From positions 53,756 to 117,755 of the forward strand of contig JABSPQ010000224.1 of NCBI GenBank assembly GCA_013214205.1: DNA of 64,000 bases, read 5' to 3'. The stretch comes from Flavobacteriales bacterium. GTDB taxonomy: Bacteria > Bacteroidota > Bacteroidia > DT-38. Of the stretch, positions 19,607 to 28,550 are shown one piece after another; positions within the stretch are counted from its first letter, which is position 1; each line of letters opens with the position of its first letter. The notes beneath the pieces were generated by a model. That model made no database searches. It saw only the letters and a list, made by a program, of their open reading frames with translations, and was not told where the DNA came from. A program made the position numbers and the translations under genes.

Positions 19607-20793
19607 GTAAGCTCTTTCAAAACCGACCAAGCCATTAATCCCATTCCTGTTTCTATTGCCGACTCATCAATATTAAAAGTGTTGTTGTGCACCGATGATG
19701 TTATTCCTTTGGCCTCATTTTTAATTCCAAGTCTATAAAAGCAGGCAGGAACTTGATGCGAATAATAAGAAAAGTCTTCGGCTGTCATGCTAATTGGAAT
19801 CTCTTCAACATGTTCGTCGCCCATATACTCCTTCGCACCAATCATAAAAGCTTCTGTAGCAACATCATCATTTTTCAAAAAAGGATAACCGCCTATAATC
19901 TTAACTTCCACCTTGCCATTCATCTCACTGGCAATCTCATTTACTTTGTCTTTTAACAGCTCCTTAACTTCTGCACGCCATTCTTCGTCCATTGTTCGAA
20001 GGGTACCAGCCATTGTAACTTCGCCCGGAATAACATTAGTGGCTCCTGCACCAATTATTTTCCCAATTGCCAATACGGTTGGTGTTCCTTTTGTGTTTTT
20101 TTCCTTTACCATTTCTGGTAACTCCAATATTATTCTTGCAGCAATTTTTAACGGATCAATCACATGATCTTGCATAGCTGCATGGCCTCCTTTACCAATA
20201 ACATTAAAATAAAGTTCGTCGGTAGAGGCCATATAAATGCCTTTCCTATATCCAATTTGGCCCACATCTAGCAATGGCGCCACGTGCTGACCAATTATCT
20301 TATCTACTTTAGGGTTTTCTAAAACTCCTTTTTCAACTAGTAACGAAGCACCTCCTGGTAATTGTTCTTCCCCTGGCTGAAAAATAAATTTTACGGTCCC
20401 TTCAAATTCGTCTTTAAACTGGTTTAAGATTTTGGCTGCACCAATTAAAGATGCCGCATGCACATCATGACCGCATGCATGCATTATTCCTTCTTTCTTT
20501 GATTTGTAGGATACTTCGTTCTTCTCAATAATTGGCAACGCATCAATATCGGCCCTTAAAGCAATGCATTTACTCGATGGATTTTTACCTTCTAAAATAT
20601 AAACCGCACCTGTTTCTAAACCCTCCATTTTGGTAAATCCATCCATCGATTCGATGATACTGGTGATGAACTTTGTGGTTTCGAATTCCTTAAACGATAA
20701 TTCGGGATTGGCGTGAATATGCCTTCTAATACCAATTACCTCATCCAAATATTCTGCAGAAAGAGACTTTACCTTCTCTAAAACTTTACTCAT
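19603..20793 (-). CDS. M20 family amidohydrolase (N-acyl-L-amino acid amidohydrolase / hippurate hydrolase-like)
   Basis: MHACGHDVH metal-binding motif and dimerisation-domain pattern; 396 aa; overlaps the GT39-like gene tail-to-tail by 4 nt. Confidence 0.85.
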   Translation of the reverse strand: MSKVLEKVKSLSAEYLDEVIGIRRHIHANPELSFKEFETTKFITSIIESMDGFTKMEGLETGAVYILEGKNPSSKCIALRADIDALPIIEKNEVSYKSKKEGIMHACGHDVHAASLIGAAKILNQFKDEFEGTVKFIFQPGEEQLPGGASLLVEKGVLENPKVDKIIGQHVAPLLDVGQIGYRKGIYMASTDELYFNVIGKGGHAAMQDHVIDPLKIAARIILELPEMVKEKNTKGTPTVLAIGKIIGAGATNVIPGEVTMAGTLRTMDEEWRAEVKELLKDKVNEIASEMNGKVEVKIIGGYPFLKNDDVATEAFMIGAKEYMGDEHVEEIPISMTAEDFSYYSHQVPACFYRLGIKNEAKGITSSVHNNTFNIDESAIETGMGLMAWSVLKELT

Positions 20794-20832
20794 TAAATCT
20801 TATTTAAAATATCAATCGGAACCGGCCAACAA

Positions 20833-23800
20833 TTAAAAGTCCAAACCTACAGAAAAATAAAATATTTTATCCTGTAGCACCCCGTCTTCCACACCCCATC
20901 CCCAATCTGCACGAATAAAGTAATTAGATAAAACACTCCTGAATCCAAATCCGTAGCCATAAATGATGGGCTCAGAATAATTTTTCAGCGTAATTTTCAC
21001 ATTAAAGTCGTCTATACAATCACCTTCCCTATCGCAAATTGGTTTCGAATTAGATTGATTTACATCCGAATCAGGCCAAACACCTACCCAAGCACTTCCT
21101 ACATCAAAAAATCCAATTATCTGGAAATTGGCAATAAACTCAGACCGGATTGGGCTAGTTGCAATGTATTTAAAAAACGGCAGTCGAAGTTCATTGGTTA
21201 CAATGGCATACGTGTTGCCTTTTCTAACATCTCTTCTAAACCCTCTAACAGATGTGGCATACGACTGAAACCTGTAGTTCTGCGTATTTTCTAATGCCGT
21301 AAAGTTCTCGTTTGTATTCTGAAACTGACTCATCCAATTGTCTACAGCACCAAGTCTAAACAACTCTTTCATACTTCCGAAAGAACTTTTTGCATGAAAT
21401 CTTGTGGCCAAAATAAACTCGCGATGAATTTTTTGATAATGTCGGTAATCCAAAGAAACCTTTAGCATTGTCTCCTTCGGATCTTTCAACTCCTGAAAAA
21501 CCTGAAGTCCCCATTTGGCCCTAGTGCCATAAAAAATATTCACCCCTTTGATTAGCGTATTATCAAAAACAAAATCGATGTTGCCGCCCGTAAAGTATGA
21601 TCTTTTGTCGGGCGTTTCCAAACCTGCTCGATCCTTCACCATCTCAATTTCATTAATATAAATTGCGGTGACACCAAACCTCATGCTAAACACCTCGCTA
21701 AACGGCCATTTTAACGTGTATTGAATTTGATTGAACCGGGAGTTGGTATAACTATGCTCGGAAGGAATTTGCGACGGGTTAATGCTTTGTCTCAAAAAAC
21801 CCAAGGTTTTATCCATGCGTTTTTTAACATCCTTAAACACCAAAAATGATTCATTGTCGCTATTAGAAAGCAAACTAAGTTCGGTATTGAGCCCTCCAAC
21901 AATTCTATAATCTTCAAATAAGTCGCTCATCCCAACCTGAAGGATGGTATTTGTTAACGGCTGAGATACTGTGCTTTGATACGAAAAGCTCACAATACTG
22001 TTGTCGAGCGCCCTCATCGAGAAGAAATCATTGGTAAAAATTGTTTTATAAGCCCGCTTCGGTGGAAGAACAAATTTTCGAACAACAGTGTCTGCCATGG
22101 CACTATCCATATCAATATCAACCAAAGCATCTGGCTCTAAAGTTTCATTATCCTCAAAGTCAAAAATGTAATTATCAATATTAACCTCGTGTTCTGTTTC
22201 CTTTTCCTCTTCCTCATATCCCTCAATAACAGACTCTTTATCCTCCTTAAATATTTTCATCAACGAATCACTCGTAAATTCAATAGCCTTAGCCGGCGTA
22301 CCAATCATTATAGATTCTTCCTCTTCCAAAATGGCAGCATCTACATTTACAATCTCACCCTTAAAAATTCTATTCCTCCCATTTTCGTATACCACTTGAA
22401 CATATTTCCCATTTTGAGGTGAGTAATCATGTTCTTGAATGCTCCTATTAAAATCGGTAATTCGGTAAGACTTAGAAAAATGCTTGTAATGAACCAATGT
22501 GTCTACATGCGAAATAGAACTATCTAGTTTAATAATATAACGTTCGTATTGACCTCTTTTATCACTTAAAAAAGTCATGTACTCCTTGTTGTATAAATCA
22601 GGTTCCGTTTCATTCCAATCCTTAGAATAAGTTAATCTAGTAAGTACAGGGTCGCTATGCTCATTGTCGTAAACAAACAAGTCCAACTTATCGAACTGAG
22701 GATCCATTTTTTGTCTATCATCAAATTGAATTGTGTCACTCGTTCTGTTAGAACTAAATACAATTTTTGTTCTTCCCTCCATAAACTTTGGGGTCAAATC
22801 ATCATATACGTCGTTTGTTACACGTTTTATCTCAGTGGAAGCCAAGGTGTATACAAAAATATCCGACTGCCCTTTCATCACTGCTGAGAACACCAACTTT
22901 CTGCCGTCCTCAGAATAATCCATCGACAAAACCTTTTCGAATTTAAATACCTCTCGCTTACTAAATTTCTTCTCGTCTAACTTATAATGCGAAATCCAGA
23001 TACTCCCTTTTCGCTCCGTTATCATCGTAAATAAACTCCCTGTAGGATGCCATGCCAACAATGGATAAGACTCATCTGCAATTCTGTCTAATTTATGATC
23101 CACTCGTAATACTTTCTTAGGCCGCTTGCTGGTAGAAAGGTCTTTCATCCAAACTTTATACTGCCCCATAATGTTACTCGCATAAATTAGTTTTTCCCCA
23201 TCAGGACTAATTCTAGCTTGATAATATGAATAATCAGTCTTAGGTCTTTTAATTAATGGATCTCCAAATTCTCCGTTACCATTTTCCTCCATCCCTTCGT
23301 ATACCGCAGAATTGTAAGCCAAGTACTCGATGTATAAATTCCTGAGAGAAATCCCTAAAACATACTGAAAGCCACTTTCAATATTCCTACTTAAATGTGT
23401 CATGTAAAGAATATTGGCTATCACTTTATCGCCATAAACCTGAGAAATATATGCCCAAAACGAATGACCTAGCTCAATTTGCCTATCCCCCATCACCTTA
23501 TTAAACTTGTCGTAGCTGCCAAGCATAAAGCCATCTCGGATTTTATTATTTATTCCGATTTCATTTGGGTTCGTCATATAGGAAATCAAACCTTGCGAGT
23601 ACCACACCGGCAAGGTGATAAATACCTCACTTCGGATGCGTTCCTTAACATCACCGCCATACATAATGTTATTCAAAATAACTTCGGTAATAACCTGCCT
23701 AATCTGTTCGTGAAACTGATTGTAATCACCCTCGAAATACAAAAACACTTTCGATCCTTGAATTCGAGCTTTACCCGCCATACTAATTTGATTCTCGCTA

Positions 23801-24177
23801 GAAATCCCGATGTTGCTCTGCTGAAAATCTGAAAGTTTATTGTAAACAATCAGTTGAATTTTATCTTTTAAATCAAAATTTAAACGGTTTTCAACCTGTT
23901 CAATAGAAGCTTCAACATATTTAGCGGCCGATTGTGCCAGTTTTTCTCCCCCTTGATAAAAGAAAATGTCGAAATCTTCGAAATTATAAAAGAACCAATA
24001 TCGCTCTTCAAACTGAATTCTGTTTTTCCCAAACTCACTGCTATTAGGGTTCATTTGCCCCTGAGAAACAAGCGGGCACACGAATATGAGCAAAGTAAAA
24101 ACTAACGAAATTAGGTTTCGTAAATTCTTCTTCAACAATGTGATTTCCGAAAAGTTCAATTTATCAAATCTGAACAT
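20833..24177 (-). CDS. Large outer membrane protein: N-terminal domain, TolB/PD40-like beta-propeller repeats, C-terminal Omp85/BamA-type beta-barrel
   Basis: Signal peptide with Q at +1; repeated KLIYASN..GQYKVW / KLVFSAV.KGQSDIFVY TolB-like blades; C-terminal VRGF...G...NELRLPF...GFFDVGSAW...GYGFGFR...ADWGWG...F matches the Omp85 barrel. Confidence 0.5.
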   Translation of the reverse strand: MFRFDKLNFSEITLLKKNLRNLISLVFTLLIFVCPLVSQGQMNPNSSEFGKNRIQFEERYWFFYNFEDFDIFFYQGGEKLAQSAAKYVEASIEQVENRLNFDLKDKIQLIVYNKLSDFQQSNIGISSENQISMAGKARIQGSKVFLYFEGDYNQFHEQIRQVITEVILNNIMYGGDVKERIRSEVFITLPVWYSQGLISYMTNPNEIGINNKIRDGFMLGSYDKFNKVMGDRQIELGHSFWAYISQVYGDKVIANILYMTHLSRNIESGFQYVLGISLRNLYIEYLAYNSAVYEGMEENGNGEFGDPLIKRPKTDYSYYQARISPDGEKLIYASNIMGQYKVWMKDLSTSKRPKKVLRVDHKLDRIADESYPLLAWHPTGSLFTMITERKGSIWISHYKLDEKKFSKREVFKFEKVLSMDYSEDGRKLVFSAVMKGQSDIFVYTLASTEIKRVTNDVYDDLTPKFMEGRTKIVFSSNRTSDTIQFDDRQKMDPQFDKLDLFVYDNEHSDPVLTRLTYSKDWNETEPDLYNKEYMTFLSDKRGQYERYIIKLDSSISHVDTLVHYKHFSKSYRITDFNRSIQEHDYSPQNGKYVQVVYENGRNRIFKGEIVNVDAAILEEEESIMIGTPAKAIEFTSDSLMKIFKEDKESVIEGYEEEEKETEHEVNIDNYIFDFEDNETLEPDALVDIDMDSAMADTVVRKFVLPPKRAYKTIFTNDFFSMRALDNSIVSFSYQSTVSQPLTNTILQVGMSDLFEDYRIVGGLNTELSLLSNSDNESFLVFKDVKKRMDKTLGFLRQSINPSQIPSEHSYTNSRFNQIQYTLKWPFSEVFSMRFGVTAIYINEIEMVKDRAGLETPDKRSYFTGGNIDFVFDNTLIKGVNIFYGTRAKWGLQVFQELKDPKETMLKVSLDYRHYQKIHREFILATRFHAKSSFGSMKELFRLGAVDNWMSQFQNTNENFTALENTQNYRFQSYATSVRGFRRDVRKGNTYAIVTNELRLPFFKYIATSPIRSEFIANFQIIGFFDVGSAWVGVWPDSDVNQSNSKPICDREGDCIDDFNVKITLKNYSEPIIYGYGFGFRSVLSNYFIRADWGWGVEDGVLQDKIFYFSVGLDF

Positions 24178-24240
24178 AGAGCATCGACTAAACCCTTATT
24201 GAGCGCAGTAATAAATTTAACTAAATTTCTACAATTATAT

Positions 24241-24248
24241 TACATTTG
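24241..24248 (+). promoter_or_regulatory. -7 promoter box TACATTTG for the MBL-fold hydrolase/hemL operon
   Basis: Perfect TAnnTTTG match 25 nt upstream of ATG 24273. Confidence 0.4.
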
Positions 24249-24272
24249 AAATCTCATCTCTATAAATCTTTT

Positions 24273-24911
24273 ATGATCGAAATAAAATCTTTTGTTTTTA
24301 ACCCTTTTCAGGAGAACACTTATATTTTATCTGACGAATCGAAGGAGTGCATAATTTTCGACCCAGGCTGCAACGAGCCACATGAAGAACAACAGCTTTC
24401 TAACTACATTAAGGAAGCTGATTTAACACCTGTTAGGCTCATCAATACACATTGCCATATTGATCATGTTTTGGGAAACAAATTTGTTGCCGACACCTAC
24501 AATTTGAAGTTAGAAATTCACGAATATGAACTGGTTATGTTGGAAGCTGTACCTATGGTTGGCGAAAAATACCAGATTCCTGTTAAAGAATCACCCAAAC
24601 CGACTAAATACATTAACGAAGAAGATGTGATTCGATTCGGAAATTCGGCGCTTAAAATCTTATTTACGCCAGGGCATTCGCCAGGAAGTATTACGTTTTA
24701 TAACGAAGAAGAAAATATTGCCATTGTTGGCGATGTGCTGTTTCAAAGCAGTATTGGCAGAACCGATTTGCCAGGAGGCGACTACGACACGTTAATTGAA
24801 AGTATTAAAACCCAATTAATGCCACTTAGCGACGATATGATTGTATATCCCGGTCATGGTGCATCAACAACAATTGGAGCAGAAAGAAATTTAAATCCAT
24901 TTTTAAAATAG
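24273..24911 (+). CDS. MBL-fold metallo-hydrolase (hydroxyacylglutathione hydrolase-like)
   Basis: HCHIDH metal-binding motif and PGHSPGS; start set at ATG 24273, since the track start 24246 is a TTG lying inside the promoter box. Confidence 0.8.
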   Translation: MIEIKSFVFNPFQENTYILSDESKECIIFDPGCNEPHEEQQLSNYIKEADLTPVRLINTHCHIDHVLGNKFVADTYNLKLEIHEYELVMLEAVPMVGEKYQIPVKESPKPTKYINEEDVIRFGNSALKILFTPGHSPGSITFYNEEENIAIVGDVLFQSSIGRTDLPGGDYDTLIESIKTQLMPLSDDMIVYPGHGASTTIGAERNLNPFLK

Positions 24912-24915
24912 CAGA

Positions 24916-26208
24916 ATGAAAAGAACGAAATCGAATAAATTATTTAAAGAGTCAGAAAATTATTTCCCAGGAGGAGTAAACTCACCAGTACGAGCTTTTA
25001 AAGCGGTTGAAGGTTCTCCGCTCTTTATGGTAAAGGGAAATGGATCTAGAATTTGGGATGTTGATGGGAACGAATTCATCGATTATTGCTGCTCGTGGGG
25101 ACCACTTATTTTAGGTCATAATAACGGCGCTGTTAGAAAAGCGGTTACTGAAACAATGAAATCAGGTATGGGATTCGGAACTCCGACAGTTCAAGAAAAT
25201 GAATTGGCCAAACTGATTTTAAATAACAATAAATACATTCAGAAACTGCGTTTTGTAAGTTCGGGTACAGAAGCTGTTATGTCGGCCATTCGATTAGCCA
25301 GAGGTTATACAAAAAGAGATAAGATCATCAAATTTGAAGGTTGCTACCATGGTCATGCCGATTCATTATTGGCAAAAGCAGGCTCGGGCCTAGCTACTTT
25401 GGGTACGTCTTCTTCTGCAGGTGTTCCAAAGCCTTTTACAAAAGAAACTATTGTTCTTCCACTAAACGACGAAAAAGCTGTTGAGGCAGCGTTTAAAAAG
25501 TACAAGAAGGATATTGCTTGTATTATTATAGAACCAGTTCCTGCTAATAATGGCTTATTGATTCAGGATAAAAAATACCTGAAATTTTTAAGAAAAATTT
25601 GCACGGAAAATAATTCATTGTTGATTTTTGATGAAGTAATTTCTGGTTTCAGAATTGGTTTTGAAGGAGCTGCTGGTTATTACAAAATCAAACCAGACAT
25701 TGCTACTTACGGAAAAATAATTGGAGGAGGACTACCTGTTGGGGCTTACGGAGCGTCAAACAAAATAATGAGCAGTATTTCTCCTTTGGGAGATGTATAC
25801 CAAGCTGGTACACTTTCAGGAAATCCAGTTGCGATGTCGGCCGGAATAGCACAATTAACAGAATGCCTTAAAAAGAATTTCTACGAAGATTTAAATTCAA
25901 AAACTGATGAGTTTGTAAGGGACATAGATGCCTACATGAAAGAGAATAAATACAAGGCAACAATTACTTCAATTGGTTCAATCTGGTGGATTTCGTTCAG
26001 TAATAAATTCCCCATCAGATCTGCAAGTGATATTAAGGCTTCTACAATGGAGAAATTCAAGGTGTTTTTCACGTCTATGCTCAACAAAGGCATTTACACT
26101 GGCCCATCTGGATACGAAGTTGGTTTTATGTCGAGTGCGCATACCAAAGCCGATTTAAATAAAACAAAAACTGCCATCTGCGAAAGCCTCGATTTAGTTT
26201 TTAAATAA
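24916..26208 (+). CDS. hemL: Glutamate-1-semialdehyde 2,1-aminomutase
   Basis: Class III aminotransferase; N-terminal FPGGVNSPVRAFK...GPLILGH and 430 aa, as in HemL. Confidence 0.9.
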   Translation: MKRTKSNKLFKESENYFPGGVNSPVRAFKAVEGSPLFMVKGNGSRIWDVDGNEFIDYCCSWGPLILGHNNGAVRKAVTETMKSGMGFGTPTVQENELAKLILNNNKYIQKLRFVSSGTEAVMSAIRLARGYTKRDKIIKFEGCYHGHADSLLAKAGSGLATLGTSSSAGVPKPFTKETIVLPLNDEKAVEAAFKKYKKDIACIIIEPVPANNGLLIQDKKYLKFLRKICTENNSLLIFDEVISGFRIGFEGAAGYYKIKPDIATYGKIIGGGLPVGAYGASNKIMSSISPLGDVYQAGTLSGNPVAMSAGIAQLTECLKKNFYEDLNSKTDEFVRDIDAYMKENKYKATITSIGSIWWISFSNKFPIRSASDIKASTMEKFKVFFTSMLNKGIYTGPSGYEVGFMSSAHTKADLNKTKTAICESLDLVFK

Positions 26209-26211
26209 TGG

Positions 26212-26871
26212 ATGAGCAATATATCTAAAATTGCGAGTGGATTCGATTTGTTGTCGAACATATACGATCCACTCCTCAATCTTTTTTTAGGTCGTGCTAT
26301 TCATCGTGCTCAAACTTGTTTTTTAGACGACATTAAGTCAGCTAAAACCATCTTAATAGTTGGTGGTGGTACAGGTAAACTTCTGGTAGAAGTATTGAGG
26401 ATGTATCCCGATGCGCAAATAAGCTACGTTGATCTCTCACAAAAAATGATGGATCGATCTTATGAATTGGTTTCCGAAAAATTGCGGAATGATTTAATTC
26501 GAACAGACTTTTTAAATCATTCTATTTTAGATTTCAAATCTGATGTAAAACACGATGTAATCATCACCCCTTTCATTTTAGATTGTTTTAACAACATTGA
26601 TTTAGATTTAAATGTAAAACATTTAAAATCCCGCTTAGCTCCAAACGGCAAATGGCTCCACGCAGATTTCAACATTTCAAATCAATCTGCCTTGATGAAG
26701 TTTTCGAGCATTACTCTTACTAAATCGTTGTACATATTCTTCAACTTGATTTGCAAACTCGAAGTAAATCAATTGCCTGATTTTAAAAATTGTTTTGAGA
26801 AGAATGGGTTATCTATTAAGAAAGAAAAGGAATTTGTAGGTGGGATGATAAAAAGCTTGATAATCTCTTAA
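26212..26871 (+). CDS. Class I SAM-dependent methyltransferase
   Basis: Glycine-rich SAM motif ILIVGGGTGKL followed by acidic YVDLS. Confidence 0.65.
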   Translation: MSNISKIASGFDLLSNIYDPLLNLFLGRAIHRAQTCFLDDIKSAKTILIVGGGTGKLLVEVLRMYPDAQISYVDLSQKMMDRSYELVSEKLRNDLIRTDFLNHSILDFKSDVKHDVIITPFILDCFNNIDLDLNVKHLKSRLAPNGKWLHADFNISNQSALMKFSSITLTKSLYIFFNLICKLEVNQLPDFKNCFEKNGLSIKKEKEFVGGMIKSLIIS

Positions 26872-26872
26872 C

Positions 26873-27736
26873 TCACACCACGGCCCAAACCAATCCAAAC
26901 TGCACGATCATCATCCCTTCAATAACAAGTGAATAATAATATTCACTGGATTGAGGCCGAAGTTTAGCAATGGCAAAAATTGAGATTAAGGCAGATCCTA
27001 CAATAGCAAGAAAGCCATAATAAGTAAGTCCGATATGCAACCAGTAGTGTAAGCCAGCAACAATCGACATTAAAGCTAGCATGGCAAACGATATATTTTT
27101 CGCCCCTTGTATTCCGTATTTCCGTGGAATAGTAATCAACTCATCCTCTTTGTCGTAGTCCATATCTCGAATATCGAACGGAATGGTGATGGCAAAAATG
27201 AATAGGCATCTAGTTAAGAAATGAAACTGGGTATTGAGGTCTAATAATACCGAAGGATCGTTAGCCACAGGCAGAAAGATGGTAACAAAACTTACCACAA
27301 TGGTAATCAGAAATATTTTTGCCATTGGAGCACTCCGAATTCCAACAAACCGATTGCCTTTTTTGTAAACTGGCAGAGTGTAAAAAAGAGAAACCAAGCC
27401 ACACGGAATAAGTAAGGCTATCTGGAAGTAATTAAGCTTTAAATGAAACGCAAACGAGCCAATTAAAGCCACTGTCCAAACCGAAATAGAGAAAAACTTG
27501 TGCTCCTTTACCCAAACATGTCGTTCTAATTCCGAATTATCTTTTTGCATAAACAACAAAGGATAAAGCCTATGGGTACAATAAACAAATAGTGTTGAGA
27601 AATACAAGAACCAAACAAAGCTATAGTTGCTTGTATTGAGCAATAGAATAGTTTGTAACGCGATTAACGATACAGGAATGGCAACAAAAATATTGCTAAA
27701 AATAAAATAGTTAACTAATTGCTTGAGTAGTTTCAA
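26873..27736 (-). CDS. UbiA-like prenyltransferase family membrane protein (divergent)
   Basis: About 8 TM segments; FDIRDMDYDKEDELITIPRKYG resembles the second Asp-rich motif of the UbiA family; first NDxxDxxxD motif not recognisable. Confidence 0.35.
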   Translation of the reverse strand: MKLLKQLVNYFIFSNIFVAIPVSLIALQTILLLNTSNYSFVWFLYFSTLFVYCTHRLYPLLFMQKDNSELERHVWVKEHKFFSISVWTVALIGSFAFHLKLNYFQIALLIPCGLVSLFYTLPVYKKGNRFVGIRSAPMAKIFLITIVVSFVTIFLPVANDPSVLLDLNTQFHFLTRCLFIFAITIPFDIRDMDYDKEDELITIPRKYGIQGAKNISFAMLALMSIVAGLHYWLHIGLTYYGFLAIVGSALISIFAIAKLRPQSSEYYYSLVIEGMMIVQFGLVWAVV

Positions 27737-27749
27737 GAAGATACTTGAA

Positions 27750-28457
27750 TTAGATCTTCCCGAGTCTGGCTTCGAAGGTGAAAAAGATATCGTTGTTCGT
27801 TAGAATCGCATGTGCAATTAAACCTCCAATTATTCCCACACCAGCACCAAAAATAGACTTCCCTAATCTTTTACCTCTAGCTACTTTTTGGAATCCATCG
27901 CGGTAGTCGGCATTTATTATTACGCATCTATCTAAACCTAAACTTTCTGCACTTACGTCAGCTTCACTAATTCTAACATCTCTACTAACAGGAATTGCAA
28001 CACCTGTAAGCCCTACCATAGGTGTTAAAAGAGCTTGACTCATTAATCCACCCGTAAAACCAAATAAAACCCCACTAACAAATGCACTACCGGCTTTGTA
28101 ATTATTTTGTGCATCTCTTGCTCCATAAACAAATAGCCTCGCTCTTTCGAGTGCAAAAACATTACCTATCGCAGAGTCCTGCTTGTAATACAATTTTTCG
28201 GAACCATCTTTTAACGTCAACGAAAACAAACGTGACATATCAATCTCATCTTCGATTATTTTAGGCTCTGCTTTAAACAATCTATCTTTGGTAAACGTAT
28301 ACCTTATGCTTTTGGTAGTTAAATCTTCCTCAAACGATCTGAGGTTGATTTCGTAACCATTCATAAACAATAACTTATTCTGTCCCATCGAATTAATGGA
28401 AGTGAATAGCGCAACTGCTATTAATATAAACTTTGAATATTTGATAACCTTAAACAT
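27750..28457 (-). CDS. Hypothetical exported protein with a glycine-zipper membrane segment
   Basis: Signal peptide with Q at +1; G-rich hydrophobic stretches (GVLFGFTGGL, GAGVGIIGGL). Confidence 0.4.
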   Translation of the reverse strand: MFKVIKYSKFILIAVALFTSINSMGQNKLLFMNGYEINLRSFEEDLTTKSIRYTFTKDRLFKAEPKIIEDEIDMSRLFSLTLKDGSEKLYYKQDSAIGNVFALERARLFVYGARDAQNNYKAGSAFVSGVLFGFTGGLMSQALLTPMVGLTGVAIPVSRDVRISEADVSAESLGLDRCVIINADYRDGFQKVARGKRLGKSIFGAGVGIIGGLIAHAILTNNDIFFTFEARLGKI

Positions 28458-28550
28458 TTAACTCAAAGATAACAACAATTAGTAATTTAATGGAATTAAA
28501 ATCTACCTCGAGTGGTAGATTCTACTACGAAAATCAAATAAAATTCTAGA

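Noticed and set aside
24246-24272. Longer N-terminal extensions from the ORF track (MBL hydrolase from 24246, mlaF from 32727, GT39 from 18137, gldE from 45310, lipoprotein from 55170, rsmA from 57534)
   Set aside because: The extensions overlap the upstream gene or a promoter box, and they add residues not seen in the protein families. Internal ATG/GTG starts give canonical N-termini and compact junctions.
28458-28550. Glycine riboswitch upstream of gcvP
   Set aside because: The intergenic region is only 93 nt and lacks the tandem aptamer length and conserved GGAGAG / CACCG-type elements. I note only a dyad symmetry instead.
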